The notes below the pieces were generated by a model. It was not told the DNA's origin, made no database searches, and was given only the letters and a program-made list of their open reading frames with translations. The position numbers and the translations under genes were made by a program. Of a stretch of 64,000 bases of DNA, positions 36,162 through 48,158 are shown piece by piece (positions within the stretch are counted from its first letter, which is position 1; each line of letters begins with the position of its first letter). This DNA comes from Eukaryota sp. GEM-RC1 (Eukaryota): positions 1,488,001 through 1,552,000 of the forward strand of contig JAUFOQ010000016.1 in assembly GCA_040285855.1 (NCBI GenBank), written 5' to 3'.

Positions 36162-36818
36162 ATGATACTCATTCAAATTCTTCTCGTCACTTCGGTGTTC
36201 AGTTACAACGGATTTCCTCATTGTACATTGTCTTCTTCAGGATCTCTTCCTCCAAATGGGTTTTGTGCTGGTCCCATACATAGATCCATTCTTTTACGGC
36301 AAAATACTTCTCTTACAAACGACAACTGTCCTCTTGACAAAATTCCCTATCATCTAGAGTCTGATCCCTCAATAATCCATTGTGTTGAATGCAAACCAGG
36401 AACTCTTGGTCTTGAGAGTCGAACCTGTGCCATCGATGAGTACTGCTCTGATGAAGGTAAGTGCTCTCATGTAACAGATCACCCTTTGTGGAATCAAGAT
36501 TGTCCCTATGATACTGGTTCATCATCCCGATCCTTCTGCGGTGGCCTCTCTTGTATTCAACATCAATGCTTAACTTGTCGTAGTGGAGATCGAACTACTT
36601 CGGGTAGAGTCTGCATTAAGGGTGTATGGAAAGTAGAAGGTTGGTCTACATTCTACTCAAATCCTAGTTTGATTCTATTGGGGTTCATTACTCTTTGTTG
36701 TTACGGTGTTTTGTTGGTGATGGTCTCGTTGAAGAACAAGTTTAGTACAATGTCATCACTTTTGATTGGAGATTTAGACCATGAACCCCCGTTTTTAGTT
36801 TCAAAGAAGTTTGATTAA
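36162..36818 (+). CDS. Cys-rich type I membrane protein
   Basis: Signal peptide MILIQILLVTSVFS, many Cys residues, C-terminal TM segment. Confidence 0.75.
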   Translation: MILIQILLVTSVFSYNGFPHCTLSSSGSLPPNGFCAGPIHRSILLRQNTSLTNDNCPLDKIPYHLESDPSIIHCVECKPGTLGLESRTCAIDEYCSDEGKCSHVTDHPLWNQDCPYDTGSSSRSFCGGLSCIQHQCLTCRSGDRTTSGRVCIKGVWKVEGWSTFYSNPSLILLGFITLCCYGVLLVMVSLKNKFSTMSSLLIGDLDHEPPFLVSKKFD

Positions 36819-36923
36819 GTTCATTGTTTCGACTTATTACACCTACTGATGTTGGAAGTTTTGACATTCACAAATTTATTTACAAATAGACAGGTTTGTT
36901 CGAAAAACACAAACTTTTAAAAA

Positions 36924-39098
36924 CTAAACATTTGAAGGACTTTCAGGAGAATCATCAATCACAATGTCAGGACAAGAAGCTTCCGGAGTCACTTTGAAGA
37001 ACAAAAAGGCCGCAAAAAAGAAAATAATTCCAGAAACAAAAGATGAAATAATTCGAGGCCCTGAATCCAAATTTGCGAAATCTGATAGCAATACTTTCCC
37101 AAACACCAACATAAAGATAACTAAACCTGCAACTCTCGCCTGAGCCAGGGCTTTAACAAAGCCAAACACAACAAACATTAAACCAATAACTCCAGCAATT
37201 ATAGAAACAGCGAGTGAGGCTTGCATATCTGTCTTGTAATGTGCAAACCAAGAGTACCCATCAAGGGAGAGAGAGAAAACAGAAAAGGCTGCTACTGTTA
37301 AAAGAAGAAACTTGCCAAGATTGTAATTGTTAAAGTTTCTTGCATGAGGATCTCCACCAAGGTTGATAATACTTTTGTAGAACATGGCAATGTTGAGGGC
37401 GATGATAGCGAAACTACGACTATTTAAGAGATAAATTTTAAAATGTTTGGCAGGTTCTGCTGCAAGAGCAATATAACAAATTATCATGATGATAAAGATA
37501 ACAAAATTTGGAATGAATAAATACTCAAAAACACGAGATTTCTTTTCCAACTTTGAAAAAATAGCAGAAAGTGCAGCTAAAATGATAACAACCATGGATA
37601 CAAAGATATAAGCCCTTCCAGAATCCTCAAAAGTATTAGCAAACCTTGTCAAGAAGGAGATTAGAACAAGGAAAGGGATAGTTGTAAGTGAAGAGAACAG
37701 CCCCCAATTGTCAAGATCTTTCTTGTTGATGGCAGAGCTAGGTGTACAAAAGTAGACTAAGCAAATAGATGCGATAACAAAGTAAACAGTGGAAAATTCT
37801 TCAAATGTTGAATAGTATGATGAGATTATCAGCAAAACTCCAGATACAAATGATAGCAATCTACAAGTCAAGTCGATAGTCAACCTCATCTCCTGCCTAT
37901 CTTTAATGAAATCAAAGTGATTGAAAATGATGGCCACGAGGACCACCACCAGACCACTAGAGTGGATAGACAGGAATCCAAAGGCAGTAGCAGAGTAAAT
38001 GATCATTAGGAAAGTAAGAGAATGACGGAAATAAGAAAGGTTCTTGTTCAAGAAGAAAAGAACGACATGTAGTAGAGCCATTACAATCACCCAAGCACAA
38101 GCAATCAAATTTGATTGATGAATGAAGGCCAATACGTAAGTGAAGAAGGTGGATCCAAGAATTAAGAACAAAGAAGAAGGAATCGAGTAAGAATGTTGGA
38201 AGAAGAATGGGATGATGGTGAAAGAGATAGCAGGGATCAATAGACCTACAACACTAATGACAGAGAAAGGATCATCGTAACGGAAGAGAAACATGAATCT
38301 GAGAGCGATTGAGGCAAGAACGACTGATCCAAAGGTCCAATCCCAGTTGTTGATTGAAGCCATGATGATACCAATAACAATAATGATTGCTTGATAGAAC
38401 TCAAGGAAGTCGGCGATGGTGTGGAAGGCCTCACTTGTAGGGAGAAGAGGAACAAGAAGAGAGAGAGCAATGGCAAGGGAACCAAGGAAGGTGGTCTTTT
38501 GAAAGGTGGCTGAAACACAAGTAGCAGACATTAGCACTGCAAGTAGAGCTAGAGCCAGTACTGGAGAGAACATTTGATCAAAGACGTCAGTTTGAGACAT
38601 GAAGAGGATGGTGGCGATAGAAGTGATACCTAAGCATTGAACAGCTTCACCGAGTTTCAAGTATCCTCGGAGAACCAGATAGTGTCCATACAAGAACACA
38701 GCAAGGGAAATGATGGTAAATACAGAGAACTGGAGGACTACGGAGGTGCGAAGAACATATTGGAAAACAAAGACAAGAGACGAAAGGAGGAGGAAGGCAC
38801 CAAACACCAAGAGCAGTTTGCGACCAATCAATTGCTCTACCCACTCAGTTGTGGGATCTGATGAGGGAGATTGTACAAGAGCGGTAGTCTCAGAGGAAGC
38901 GTCAAGAGATGGGTCTACATTTGCAACAGTAACCGGCTGTTCGGATAGGTCTGTATTAAGAGGGTGGTAATGCTGAGATTGACGTTGAGAAGGCAACAGT
39001 AATCCTTCGAGCCTAGCCAAACGTTGTCTTTGGTCATAGACCAATCCAAGGGCCAGTAACGCAACCAGCCCAGGAACGAATACCAGAAGGGACTCCAT
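36924..39098 (-). CDS. DUF2339-like polytopic membrane protein (bacterial-type family)
   Basis: N-terminal TM + RLARLE, WVEQLIGRKLL..G, and C-terminal RVAGLVIF..GKVLLSDFANLDSGPRIISSFVSG. Confidence 0.75.
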   Translation of the reverse strand: MESLLVFVPGLVALLALGLVYDQRQRLARLEGLLLPSQRQSQHYHPLNTDLSEQPVTVANVDPSLDASSETTALVQSPSSDPTTEWVEQLIGRKLLLVFGAFLLLSSLVFVFQYVLRTSVVLQFSVFTIISLAVFLYGHYLVLRGYLKLGEAVQCLGITSIATILFMSQTDVFDQMFSPVLALALLAVLMSATCVSATFQKTTFLGSLAIALSLLVPLLPTSEAFHTIADFLEFYQAIIIVIGIIMASINNWDWTFGSVVLASIALRFMFLFRYDDPFSVISVVGLLIPAISFTIIPFFFQHSYSIPSSLFLILGSTFFTYVLAFIHQSNLIACAWVIVMALLHVVLFFLNKNLSYFRHSLTFLMIIYSATAFGFLSIHSSGLVVVLVAIIFNHFDFIKDRQEMRLTIDLTCRLLSFVSGVLLIISSYYSTFEEFSTVYFVIASICLVYFCTPSSAINKKDLDNWGLFSSLTTIPFLVLISFLTRFANTFEDSGRAYIFVSMVVIILAALSAIFSKLEKKSRVFEYLFIPNFVIFIIMIICYIALAAEPAKHFKIYLLNSRSFAIIALNIAMFYKSIINLGGDPHARNFNNYNLGKFLLLTVAAFSVFSLSLDGYSWFAHYKTDMQASLAVSIIAGVIGLMFVVFGFVKALAQARVAGLVIFMLVFGKVLLSDFANLDSGPRIISSFVSGIIFFFAAFLFFKVTPEASCPDIVIDDSPESPSNV

Positions 39099-39504
39099 TT
39101 ATTGGTATAACGTAGAAACGTTTGTTTCAAGTGACTTGGAAACGAATTCCAATGACAACACCTGATGTGTTGACGATCGATTGAATTCACCATGTCTCTT
39201 GGTGAGTTTCTGCACAGTAATACTCCCTGGAATAGCGTGATTTGTTGTTGCCTGAAATATTCTAAATCCACTTATCCGAATATTGTTCTACAGTACTATT
39301 TTCACGCTCTCTCAAACCAAGAAATCCTTTCATTGGAAATAGAAGAAGTATTTGAATGGTGTTGTGTGCAAAAGATTCTTGAAACTAAAGATATAAAATG
39401 ACATTTAATCATCTAAAGTCAAAGTTTTTTGTAAAAATGAAAAACTAATCTCACTACATATTACAAACTCTAATCAAAGATACCGTGGATAATTAATTTC
39501 TGAT

Positions 39505-41230
39505 TTACAACACTTCAGCTTCAAGTATACGCGAATCCCGCTGTAACTTCCCTAATACCTTCCTGCTTTCTTCATCCACAACCTCGCCAAATATGAAGTG
39601 TTTCCCATTCAAATGAGCACCTGCCCCTATTGTAATGAAGAACTCTTCAATCAAATCATCCACGTCACTGTTGGCAAGTGATAGTTTGAAAGGCTCAGAA
39701 AAGTCTAACCCTAAACTCTTAGCCATATCAACATTCGGCCTACCTCGTTCTCTCACTGCAGCTCTAACTTCTTCATTCTGCTCAATCTTTGCCTGCAGAA
39801 GGAATCCATTCACTACCCTAGAAAACACAGTTCCATTCAACAACTTCCTAGCAACCATCAGTCCAAAATGATTACTTGCCATTGAAGGATACAGAACACA
39901 CTTAACATCACCTTCCCCAGTTCGAAGAAGGATCGAGAAGAGCTCACTAGTCACGTCATCAACCTTTGATTGTTCAGTAACAGTCTCTCCAGGCTTCTTA
40001 ATCTCTTCCAGCACGTCCCCTACTTGACCACTAATGTCCACTTTCTTATCTCTCAATGTCTTTTGGATCACGAGGGTTAGGCTCAGCTGGTTCGTTGTTA
40101 GTGAAGAGATATACTCTATTGGAGTTGACTGCTGCTGCAGCAATCACTGGAGCGTCTCCTCTTTGAAGTAGAGCCATTGTAGCTATACGCAGACCTTTCT
40201 CAGGTTTACCTAATACAGAGACTAATCGTGCTGGGTCTAGCTGACAAATGTGGATTCCAACACACGTGCTAAAGATCACCAACTCAGTTGAATAATCAAA
40301 ACAGACTCTAAAGGAAGGTCGAGGAACATGTTCTACAAGGGAAGGCTCTTTGTTTAGTCGAGTTGTCCACTCATCAGCAGAGAGGAACAGCAGGCTTTCC
40401 TCTTGAGCTGTCTTTTGAGCAAGAGATTGGAGGGTTACACTGAAACTAGCGATCATAGAGAAGGAAGGGAAGGAGAAGACAAAGACTCCTACAGACGTCA
40501 TTACAGCGAACTTCGAGGCATCTCTGCTTAGAGTTATCCATTCACAAACATAGCGGCGGTAGGCGAGTTTAACAAGGTCAGTTGTGTTGATGTCTACCCA
40601 ACCAGTGAGGGAGGATGGTGCAGGAGAAAGAGTATCAACATCGAACACTGTAAAGAGAGAGAATTCGTCACAAAAGACAAGGAGCGGAGAAGATGGGGAT
40701 GAGCACAGTGCAAACACAGGAGAGGCTAAAGGGGTGAAGGTTGACACTGGTTCAGGATTGGAAGTGAAAGGTGTATCGTAAACGTGAACATTGGGGGAAT
40801 TGATGTCAGTAATGAGGACTTTATGAACAGGACCAGGTAGAAAGACTGCACGTGATGGTTGATATGGAAGACTATTGCAACGTGATATCAGTTCTAGTGT
40901 ACCAACATCGAATAGGCACATTGATGAATCGCCATCAGCAATCGAAACGCAATAGGCTTCATCGTGTGAGAGAGCGAGATCAGATATGGCTGCAGCATGA
41001 CATCGGTAGTGACGTACAAGTTCCAAACCATCATCAACTACATGGCGCCAGAAAGAGACATGGCCTAGAGCATCGGCGATGATAAGAAAGCCAGAGGAAG
41101 TCCAGTCAAGATGAAGGACACTGCCTAAACTAGGATATGAGAATTCATAGAGAGAAGAGTCAGGCAAAGAGGAAAGCATCGACCGCAGCCTGGAGCTCTT
41201 CTTCTTCTTCAAAGGAGGCTCAAAGGACAT
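39505..41230 (-). CDS. PPWD1: PPWD1-like WD40 + cyclophilin protein; frameshift at ~40050
   Basis: LPDSSLYEFSY...GHVSFW...LELVRHYRCH...NRVYLFTNNEP, then a cyclophilin domain (FSRVVNGFLLQ, HLNGKHFIFGEV). Confidence 0.85.
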
Positions 41231-41598
41231 AAGAAGTTTGCAGGGTTTCTCCTACAAGTAGAAACAAGATGTGTACATCTTTAAAAAAAGAAATCGAAAT
41301 CATTCTCATCACCCAATCATGACCTTGTCTTAGGGCTACCATTTGCACTTACACCATAACCTTATTCTTGTTTTAAAACCAGTGGAACACCCTCCAGATC
41401 TATGTTGTGATCATCGGAAAAATCAGAATATGATTGTAATATCAATGAACCCCATACAACTTGGTTATACTCGGATAACTGTTTCTCTCCTGTGGAAATA
41501 TAAATGTATTAACTCAAAACGTATTTATTAATCTGAAATCTAACTGATCCCTGCGAACTTGCTAGCTACAGTGAAGATTCTCCAACACGACATCTTTC

Positions 41599-41930
41599 CT
41601 AATTTCTTGTACTATAGAATGGGTCAAAAGACTTCCAGGCTTGACAGCGAATACTCACTGTGTGTTCATGAAGCAGCCACTGACAACAGAATAGACGCTG
41701 ACCAAAGTTCAGACAATTCCCTTATTCGGGATATGAACTTCAAAGGTTTTCAACTTCAGGATCCGAAACTAGGTTCAGCAAATCTGTGGCAAACCTTTGC
41801 TTTTAAGGGGATTTGGGATTTCAGAAGAAGCCGTCTTCGTCGCAAAAGACCAAAGTATTCACCTTTAGATTCCCCTGGTATTGAGAGTATTTCTCCAGTA
41901 AACTGGCCAAGTCCAACTAACAGTGATTGA
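41599..41930 (+). CDS. Hypothetical protein
   Basis: ATG-start portion (MGQKTSRL...) of ORF 41559-41930; no recognised motif. Confidence 0.3.
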
Positions 41931-42278
41931 GTACAGATTTAATTTTCAGTGTATCATAAATGAATCGACATTCAGTGTAATTTAATGTAATGAATATTTG
42001 TATTGCACGAACGATTGGTGGGTTTGCCTCCACTTTGAAAGCGACTAAAATTTCTTGTTATTTGTAACAGTTCTAATTGATTTCGCCATGTTGATTTAAA
42101 TTAATAGTGATCAACATCAGATCCAGATAAGTATAGAAAAGTGTTACAAATCGTAAAATCGGGGTGGTAGCAATGTCTTACCACAGTTTGAAGCTGTGGT
42201 TGATAACAACAATTAAGACGGTGCCTGTAGAGTTTGCTTTATTCACATCGACTTCATCAAATCACGACTAACTCACAT

Positions 42279-42431
42279 CTATCCATCAGCCTTGTGTTTG
42301 GCTTCCTCGGCTTGCTCTTGAGTTCTGTGCTTGCCACTGAGACTGCTTTCTTCAGCTTTGTGTTGGGATTTATGAGTAGCTTCTTGAACTCTGTGAGCTG
42401 CTTTCTTTCCAGTTTGCTTAGCTTTGTCCAT
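42279..42431 (-). CDS. Short hydrophilic LEA-like peptide
   Basis: MDKAKQTGKKAAHRVQEATHKSQHKAEE...QEQAEEAKHKADG; rich in K, E and A. Confidence 0.4.
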   Translation of the reverse strand: MDKAKQTGKKAAHRVQEATHKSQHKAEESSLSGKHRTQEQAEEAKHKADG

Positions 42432-42875
42432 TTTGAAGAGAATTGTGTTCTTCCGAAGCCTTATCAAATTTGAAGGGCACCAGATATCTGTTCTGCTGTA
42501 GATTACCTACAGTAATTCTCCAGTTGTAAGTTCTTAAGTAGGAAAATGCTATTCATATTGGGGACTTGACTGGACAGGGACCGGTGTAACCCTACCATCA
42601 CAGTGAATCCATACGAGGTCTACTTCAATTTGTCATCGAAGGTACTGCATGTACGATTTTTCTCTCGTCCTTAAAGCCAGCGCAATTGGAGTGCAAGTGC
42701 ATCAATCAAATATTGCTCGTTTTTACAAATTCATAATTTTGTAGAAAAGTTACCTTTTGGGTACGGAATATAACTGCCATTCTTTTCATCAAATCATCAT
42801 ACATACAGAACAAATGTTTACCCCCTTGTTATTCCAAATAGTCAACACATCATATTTGCCATGAGTGCTTCATAC

Positions 42876-43551
42876 CAGGGGATGTGACAACAATGTTGTT
42901 TTTCCGATATGTAATCATTATTGCTCCAATATATATTTCTGCTCTTTGAGGTGGAGCAATATTTATTGTTACACCTGTAAATTATTGAAATATTGCAATA
43001 TTGCCAATAAACTTTGAGTTGTTCATTTCGTTGTTTTGCTACCATTTGGACTTCCAAAACCCGTTTTGTTGTCTTATGTGTTTAAATATAGTGCGAGTTG
43101 CTTTATGGGTAATGATTTCTAGTTGTTGTATTATCATGATGTCTGTCATGTGAGCTCAATTCGACTGTTTACTGAAGTACCATGTAAATTCTTTCCTCTT
43201 TAGTGATTTTCTCTGAAGCCCTCCCGTCTTGGAAAGCAAATAATGATGAAAGAAAACAGTGATTTTCGGGATGAAACTACTGTAAGACATATCATGAGCA
43301 GTAAAAAATTCGAAGATGTAGACAATGGTATTGAGATTATTTCGGATACTTGTGAAGATGATGGACGGACAATAGAATCTGTGGGTTTTTTTGTGATAAA
43401 TACATAATAGGATTCATATTGTTGCAATATGGGAATATTGCAATATTTGTTGAAGAATTGCAATACTTATTGGCTCTATTTCGGAATTGTAATATATATT
43501 TTGTGGCTGAAATAAGTGCATATTTATTGCAATATTGTTTTCGCAGCCCTG
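42876..43551. mobile_element. Older non-autonomous hAT element
   Basis: Imperfect TIR CAGGGGATGTGACAACAATGTTG / CAATATTGTTTTCGCAGCCCTG; TTCATAC on both flanks; ATTGCAAT repeats. Confidence 0.7.
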
Positions 43552-44015
43552 AATTCATACTTACTAGAACTTATTCCATCAATCAAACGATTTTCCAAAA
43601 GCTCTACTCTTTTTTTAGTTTAAACTTTAAAGTGTGTGTATGAGTGAAATGACAAACATTATGGAATTTATATGCGAATGTGATATTTTTTCAGATAATT
43701 GCACTACTTTATTATAAACAATTAAGGCCCTACAATATCTCTTTGAGATGCACCGGTATTTGACAATTTCAAAATATGAAATTCATCTTACCAATTTGGT
43801 AGAATCCTCCAATTTTGTTTCTGGTCCGATTGATGTCCAAATTTAACAACCAAATCATATTCAGTAGGCTGATTAAACCGATTGGTACAGTTTCGCATTT
43901 GACTTATGTAAAAAAAAAGAAACAGTTCCGTTGATTGGGGATCTTTGGTATAATCATTTTTGACCTTTTCAATCTATACACATTTTTGATGAACAAATGT
44001 TATTATACAAAGAAT

Positions 44016-47000
44016 TTATTTACGTACAATACTTGTTAAATATTCCAAAATTGCAAAATGTTTGTAATATTTGGCAGTATCCAAAGAAGTATAACCCCAC
44101 CGATCTCTTACTAATGGATCAGCTCCATTCTCCACCAATACCTTTACAATACTCAAATGACCTCCCTTAGTCGCACAATGAAGTGGTGTAGTAGAATCGT
44201 AATTACCATAGTTAAGATTTACTCTGCTTCGAATTAACTGACGAACTTCAGACAATTCTCCATTGAAAGCAGCCTGGCAAAGACGGGATACTTCCTTATA
44301 AAGACTGGTATTTCTCCACAACCTCATATTTTTCTTAATGTTAGAAGTAAAGCTCTCCAAAGGATGTAGCAAATACTTCTGCTGCAATCGTCGGGCAAAG
44401 TCAATTCCTCTGGCGGTGATCTTAGAGTCATTAAGAGGGGGCGAATAGATAGCGATACCTAGAACATCAGGTACAACAATCAAAAGGGCTCCACTGCTTC
44501 CCGCAACTGCAGGTAAATTGATCACAAACTGCCACTCTCCAGAATAATCATACAAAGAACAACTATTCATTAGAGATAAACATGCTCTGACTGTTTGTTG
44601 CTTGAAGATACGTTCTCCAGTCAAAGGACAGACACCTCCTTTAGCTAGAGTAGCTGCGAGTATGGATAGAGAGCAAACGTTATACTCGACACTCATCAAC
44701 ATACAGTACAGCTTTAATACCTCTTGTAGATCAGTTGTGGATGAGAAGACTCCTTTCTCTCTCATTAAGTAGAGTAGTGAGTAGTTTCGATCACTGGCTT
44801 CCATTTCAGAAAGGTAGGTAGTTAAGGAATAGCCAACGTGATCGAATTTGAGCTGACCCTTAGAAGGGCAACCAGCAATCAAGTGAGCTGTATTCTTAAT
44901 GTAATCAAATCTATCAGACAGAAACTCTCCCTTTTGATTACTGGAAGCAGAGAACAAGGCACCAGTGTTACAGAAAGGGTTATGAGGTATCCAAGAACCA
45001 ATATCCAACAAAGACAAGTGATCAGAGGGCAGCCCTGAAGCTTCTCTTCCCACTTTAGAATGGTACTCCTGCTCACCTATTTCTTCCAGTGCAAGACAGT
45101 AACTAAGAACATTGGAGCAATGCTGGAGGCTAAATGAATGAGTATAGTCACCAAAGAAAGCTCTCTGACCGTCTGTAGAGCAAATCCCAACTCCAAAGTG
45201 GGAAGGATCGACTTCTGCCAGTTCTTGAATGTAGTCAGCGTTGTGACCAGTAATTGGAGTCTCAGCTACTGATTCAAATATTGCCTTGATGTTAGACATA
45301 GTATAAGGCCAATCTGGGATGACAAGGGTTCCCAACAGAGCCTTCTTAAGAATAGGAATCTCAGAACAAGCTTCCTCAAGAACTTTGTAAGGAACTTGTG
45401 AACTCAATGACTTAGCAAAGGCAGAGAGACGGTGGTCAAACTTGGCATGAAGTCCTGATCTTTCAAGAGCCTTGAGAACGTCAGACTTGGAGACTAGACA
45501 ATCGTCACTGCATTTGCAATCAAGAGAGTATGAGATGAAAGTCACGTCATAGGGATCAAACTCAGAGGACAATTGACCATCACTTTCATCAGCGGAGGAA
45601 GGTTCCGATGACGTGACCTCATTGATACTGATTGGTGACGATCTTTCAGACTCGTGATCACTATCAAACTGAAACACTCCAACCTCAGCCTCATCAATCA
45701 ACTCATGCTCATAATCCAATCGAGCCAACAGATCTTCCGGTTCCTTCTGTTCATGGACTTCTGAGTCATTTCCAGTGGTAACTGGAGACGGAGGACAAGC
45801 ACAACCACTAAAGACACGTGATTCAGTAATCTTCTCCAACAACTTCACAATCTCATCATGTCCTAAACCTTCAGCGTCCTTTAAGGCAGTGTTACCATGG
45901 ACATCCTCGGCATTAACATCAGCATCATGAGAAACAAGGAAAGCAACAACATCAACTTGACCATGACAAGCAGCTAAATGAAGCGCAGTTCGATTGTTGA
46001 TATCAGTAAAGTTAACATTAATACCTCTCGCTACTAGCCTTTGTACTCTATCTAAATCCCCAATGGCTGAAGCAAACAACAACATGGTCTGAGAAGTTTC
46101 CAATGACGTGGACTCCTTCCTCCTTGGATCAAGTTTCTGTCTGTTATCCAAAGAGTCAAACACATGGAAGTTGAACTTAGAGGCAAGTTCCATTGCGAAC
46201 TGAATTCCCTTAACGCTGTTACCGTAGTTGTCCAAAGGAGGTGAGAAGATGCAAATACCAGCAAGACCAGGGATAACTAAAAAGATACAACCACTGACAG
46301 CAGATTTACAAGGTAAACCAACAAAGAAGGAGAATTGTCCAGAGTAATCGTAAAGACCACAAGAGCTCATCAATGAGAGACAATCACGGACAGTTTCCTC
46401 TTCGAAAACTCGTTTACGTGTCAAAGGACACACTCCAGAGTTCGCTAGAGTAGCTGCAACTATACCCATTTGAGAACAAGTTAATTGAATTCCACAGAAA
46501 GAGAAGTATAAAGACAAAGTGTCTTGAATGTTAGTACCCTCAGGAAAAGCCCCCGCCTCTTTCATCATGTAGGCTAAGCAGGAGTTACGATCAGCAGTTT
46601 GACTCTCAGAGAGGAAGGTAACGTTATCAAAGCCTGCATGAGAGTCAGCTGCCAAAGAAGACCACGTTTTGATGATGTGACGAAATCGATCAAAAGAGGT
46701 TTCTTTTGTTTAATCAATGACGTGACCATGATTGCACCAGAATTGATTAAGCTAGAATGAGTTCTCCTAGATCAACACACGGATTATGTGGGAGGTTATC
46801 TTTATTCAATTGAAGCTCATTAAATTTGACTCCACTGGGTTCTCTACCAACATATCTATGGACAGTCTCTTCTGATAACTCCTCCAATGCACAACAGTAA
46901 GTGATTGGTTTGGAGCAGGACTGGATGGAGAAGGGAACTTGAGCATCACCAAGTTCAAATCGTTGACCATCAACTGAGCAGATGCTGAATCCGAAGAGAT

Positions 47001-47424
47001 TGGGATCGACATTAGCAAGTTGAGGAATATAACTGGCGACATTTCCGTCTGATATGTGAGAAACTGTCTCAAAAATATCAGTCAAAACAGAAGTGAAGCT
47101 TTTCCAATCTGGAACAATGAGTTGTTGGTCGAGAGCTCGATGTACAAGGCAAGAGTTAGATAAGAGAGTGGAAAAATCAGGATATGAGAGAACGGTGTCT
47201 TCTTCAGGGAAAAGTTCAACCAATCTAGGATCATCTGGCAGAATACCAGATTGCTCCATGAGTTCAAGGAGAAAATCAGAAGTTACAACTCCATCGTTTT
47301 CCAAAGCGAGTTTTTCATAAATACAAGTTGTTTGTGCCTCCTGCAGAGTTGAAAAGCTGTCTACATGAATGTACGACACAGAGTCATGACGTGTGGATGT
47401 AGAAGGTGAACGATTAGGAGACAT
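44016..47424 (-). CDS. GLS: Tandem double glutaminase-ankyrin protein; 29-nt intron at 46752-46780; frameshift at ~46705
   Basis: Domain 1: ASYIPQLA, SIQSCSKP, GREPSG, PHNP|LINSGAI, SCGLYDYSG, PCKSAVSG, then ankyrin repeats. Domain 2: NADYIQEL, SLQHCSNV, PHNPFCNTGA, then ankyrin repeats. Confidence 0.92.
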
Positions 47425-48158
47425 TTGCTCGAAATTTGCTCTCATCTTCAAATGACTTTTCTTACTTCAGCACTTGAACAAGAGCTTCAAAGAGTAGAAA
47501 ATGGACTTCCTCTGACTTATCATCAACTCGATACACAATCTCCGCAAATAAAGTCTGAGGTTGAATTGAACGAGTACATCAATCTTGCATTGGCTCACCA
47601 ACACGGAGTCACCCAATGGAATAATTATGCGGCCGCAGTATCATCGTCTCTGAATCTTAGAAAGAAATAATACTTGTCATCCCTAATTTTTTGGGACGAA
47701 GACCTGTACTACATTTTCCTACGCATTGCGCAACCTACGCTTTCCACAATAGTACCACTCCTTACTCCGAATGGTCTTCGCCATCTAGAGAGAACTATTG
47801 AGGATCCTATACTAAGTCTTTGTTTTGGTCTCTTCATTAATCGACTCCTCCTTTTTTTCCTTGTTCATAGACTAATCCTTATGTATTGCTCACTGTCCAT
47901 TGTTTGCTTTTGCAATATTTAGTTCTTTTTGGGTCTTCATTTTGCTATTTTGGATACATATCGCAGTTGCATTTTGTATTGGTGTAGCTCCTCTTGTTAT
48001 AAAAGGGTTGATATTTTTGCTTAATTCAACATAAACTTGTATATTACTCGTCTACAATCCTGCAGTTCGGTTAGTAACTGCTTTCTTGTGACCATGACAA
48101 TGTCCAGTGCAGAGGGAATTCGACCAGATTATAACATAAATAGAACCATCAAATCCCA

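Noticed and set aside
25060..47673. Stop-codon reassignment suggested by in-frame TAA codons in the dNK relic and the 47452 ORF
   Set aside because: Intact conserved genes terminate at TAA and TAG, and the long ORFs contain no internal stops.
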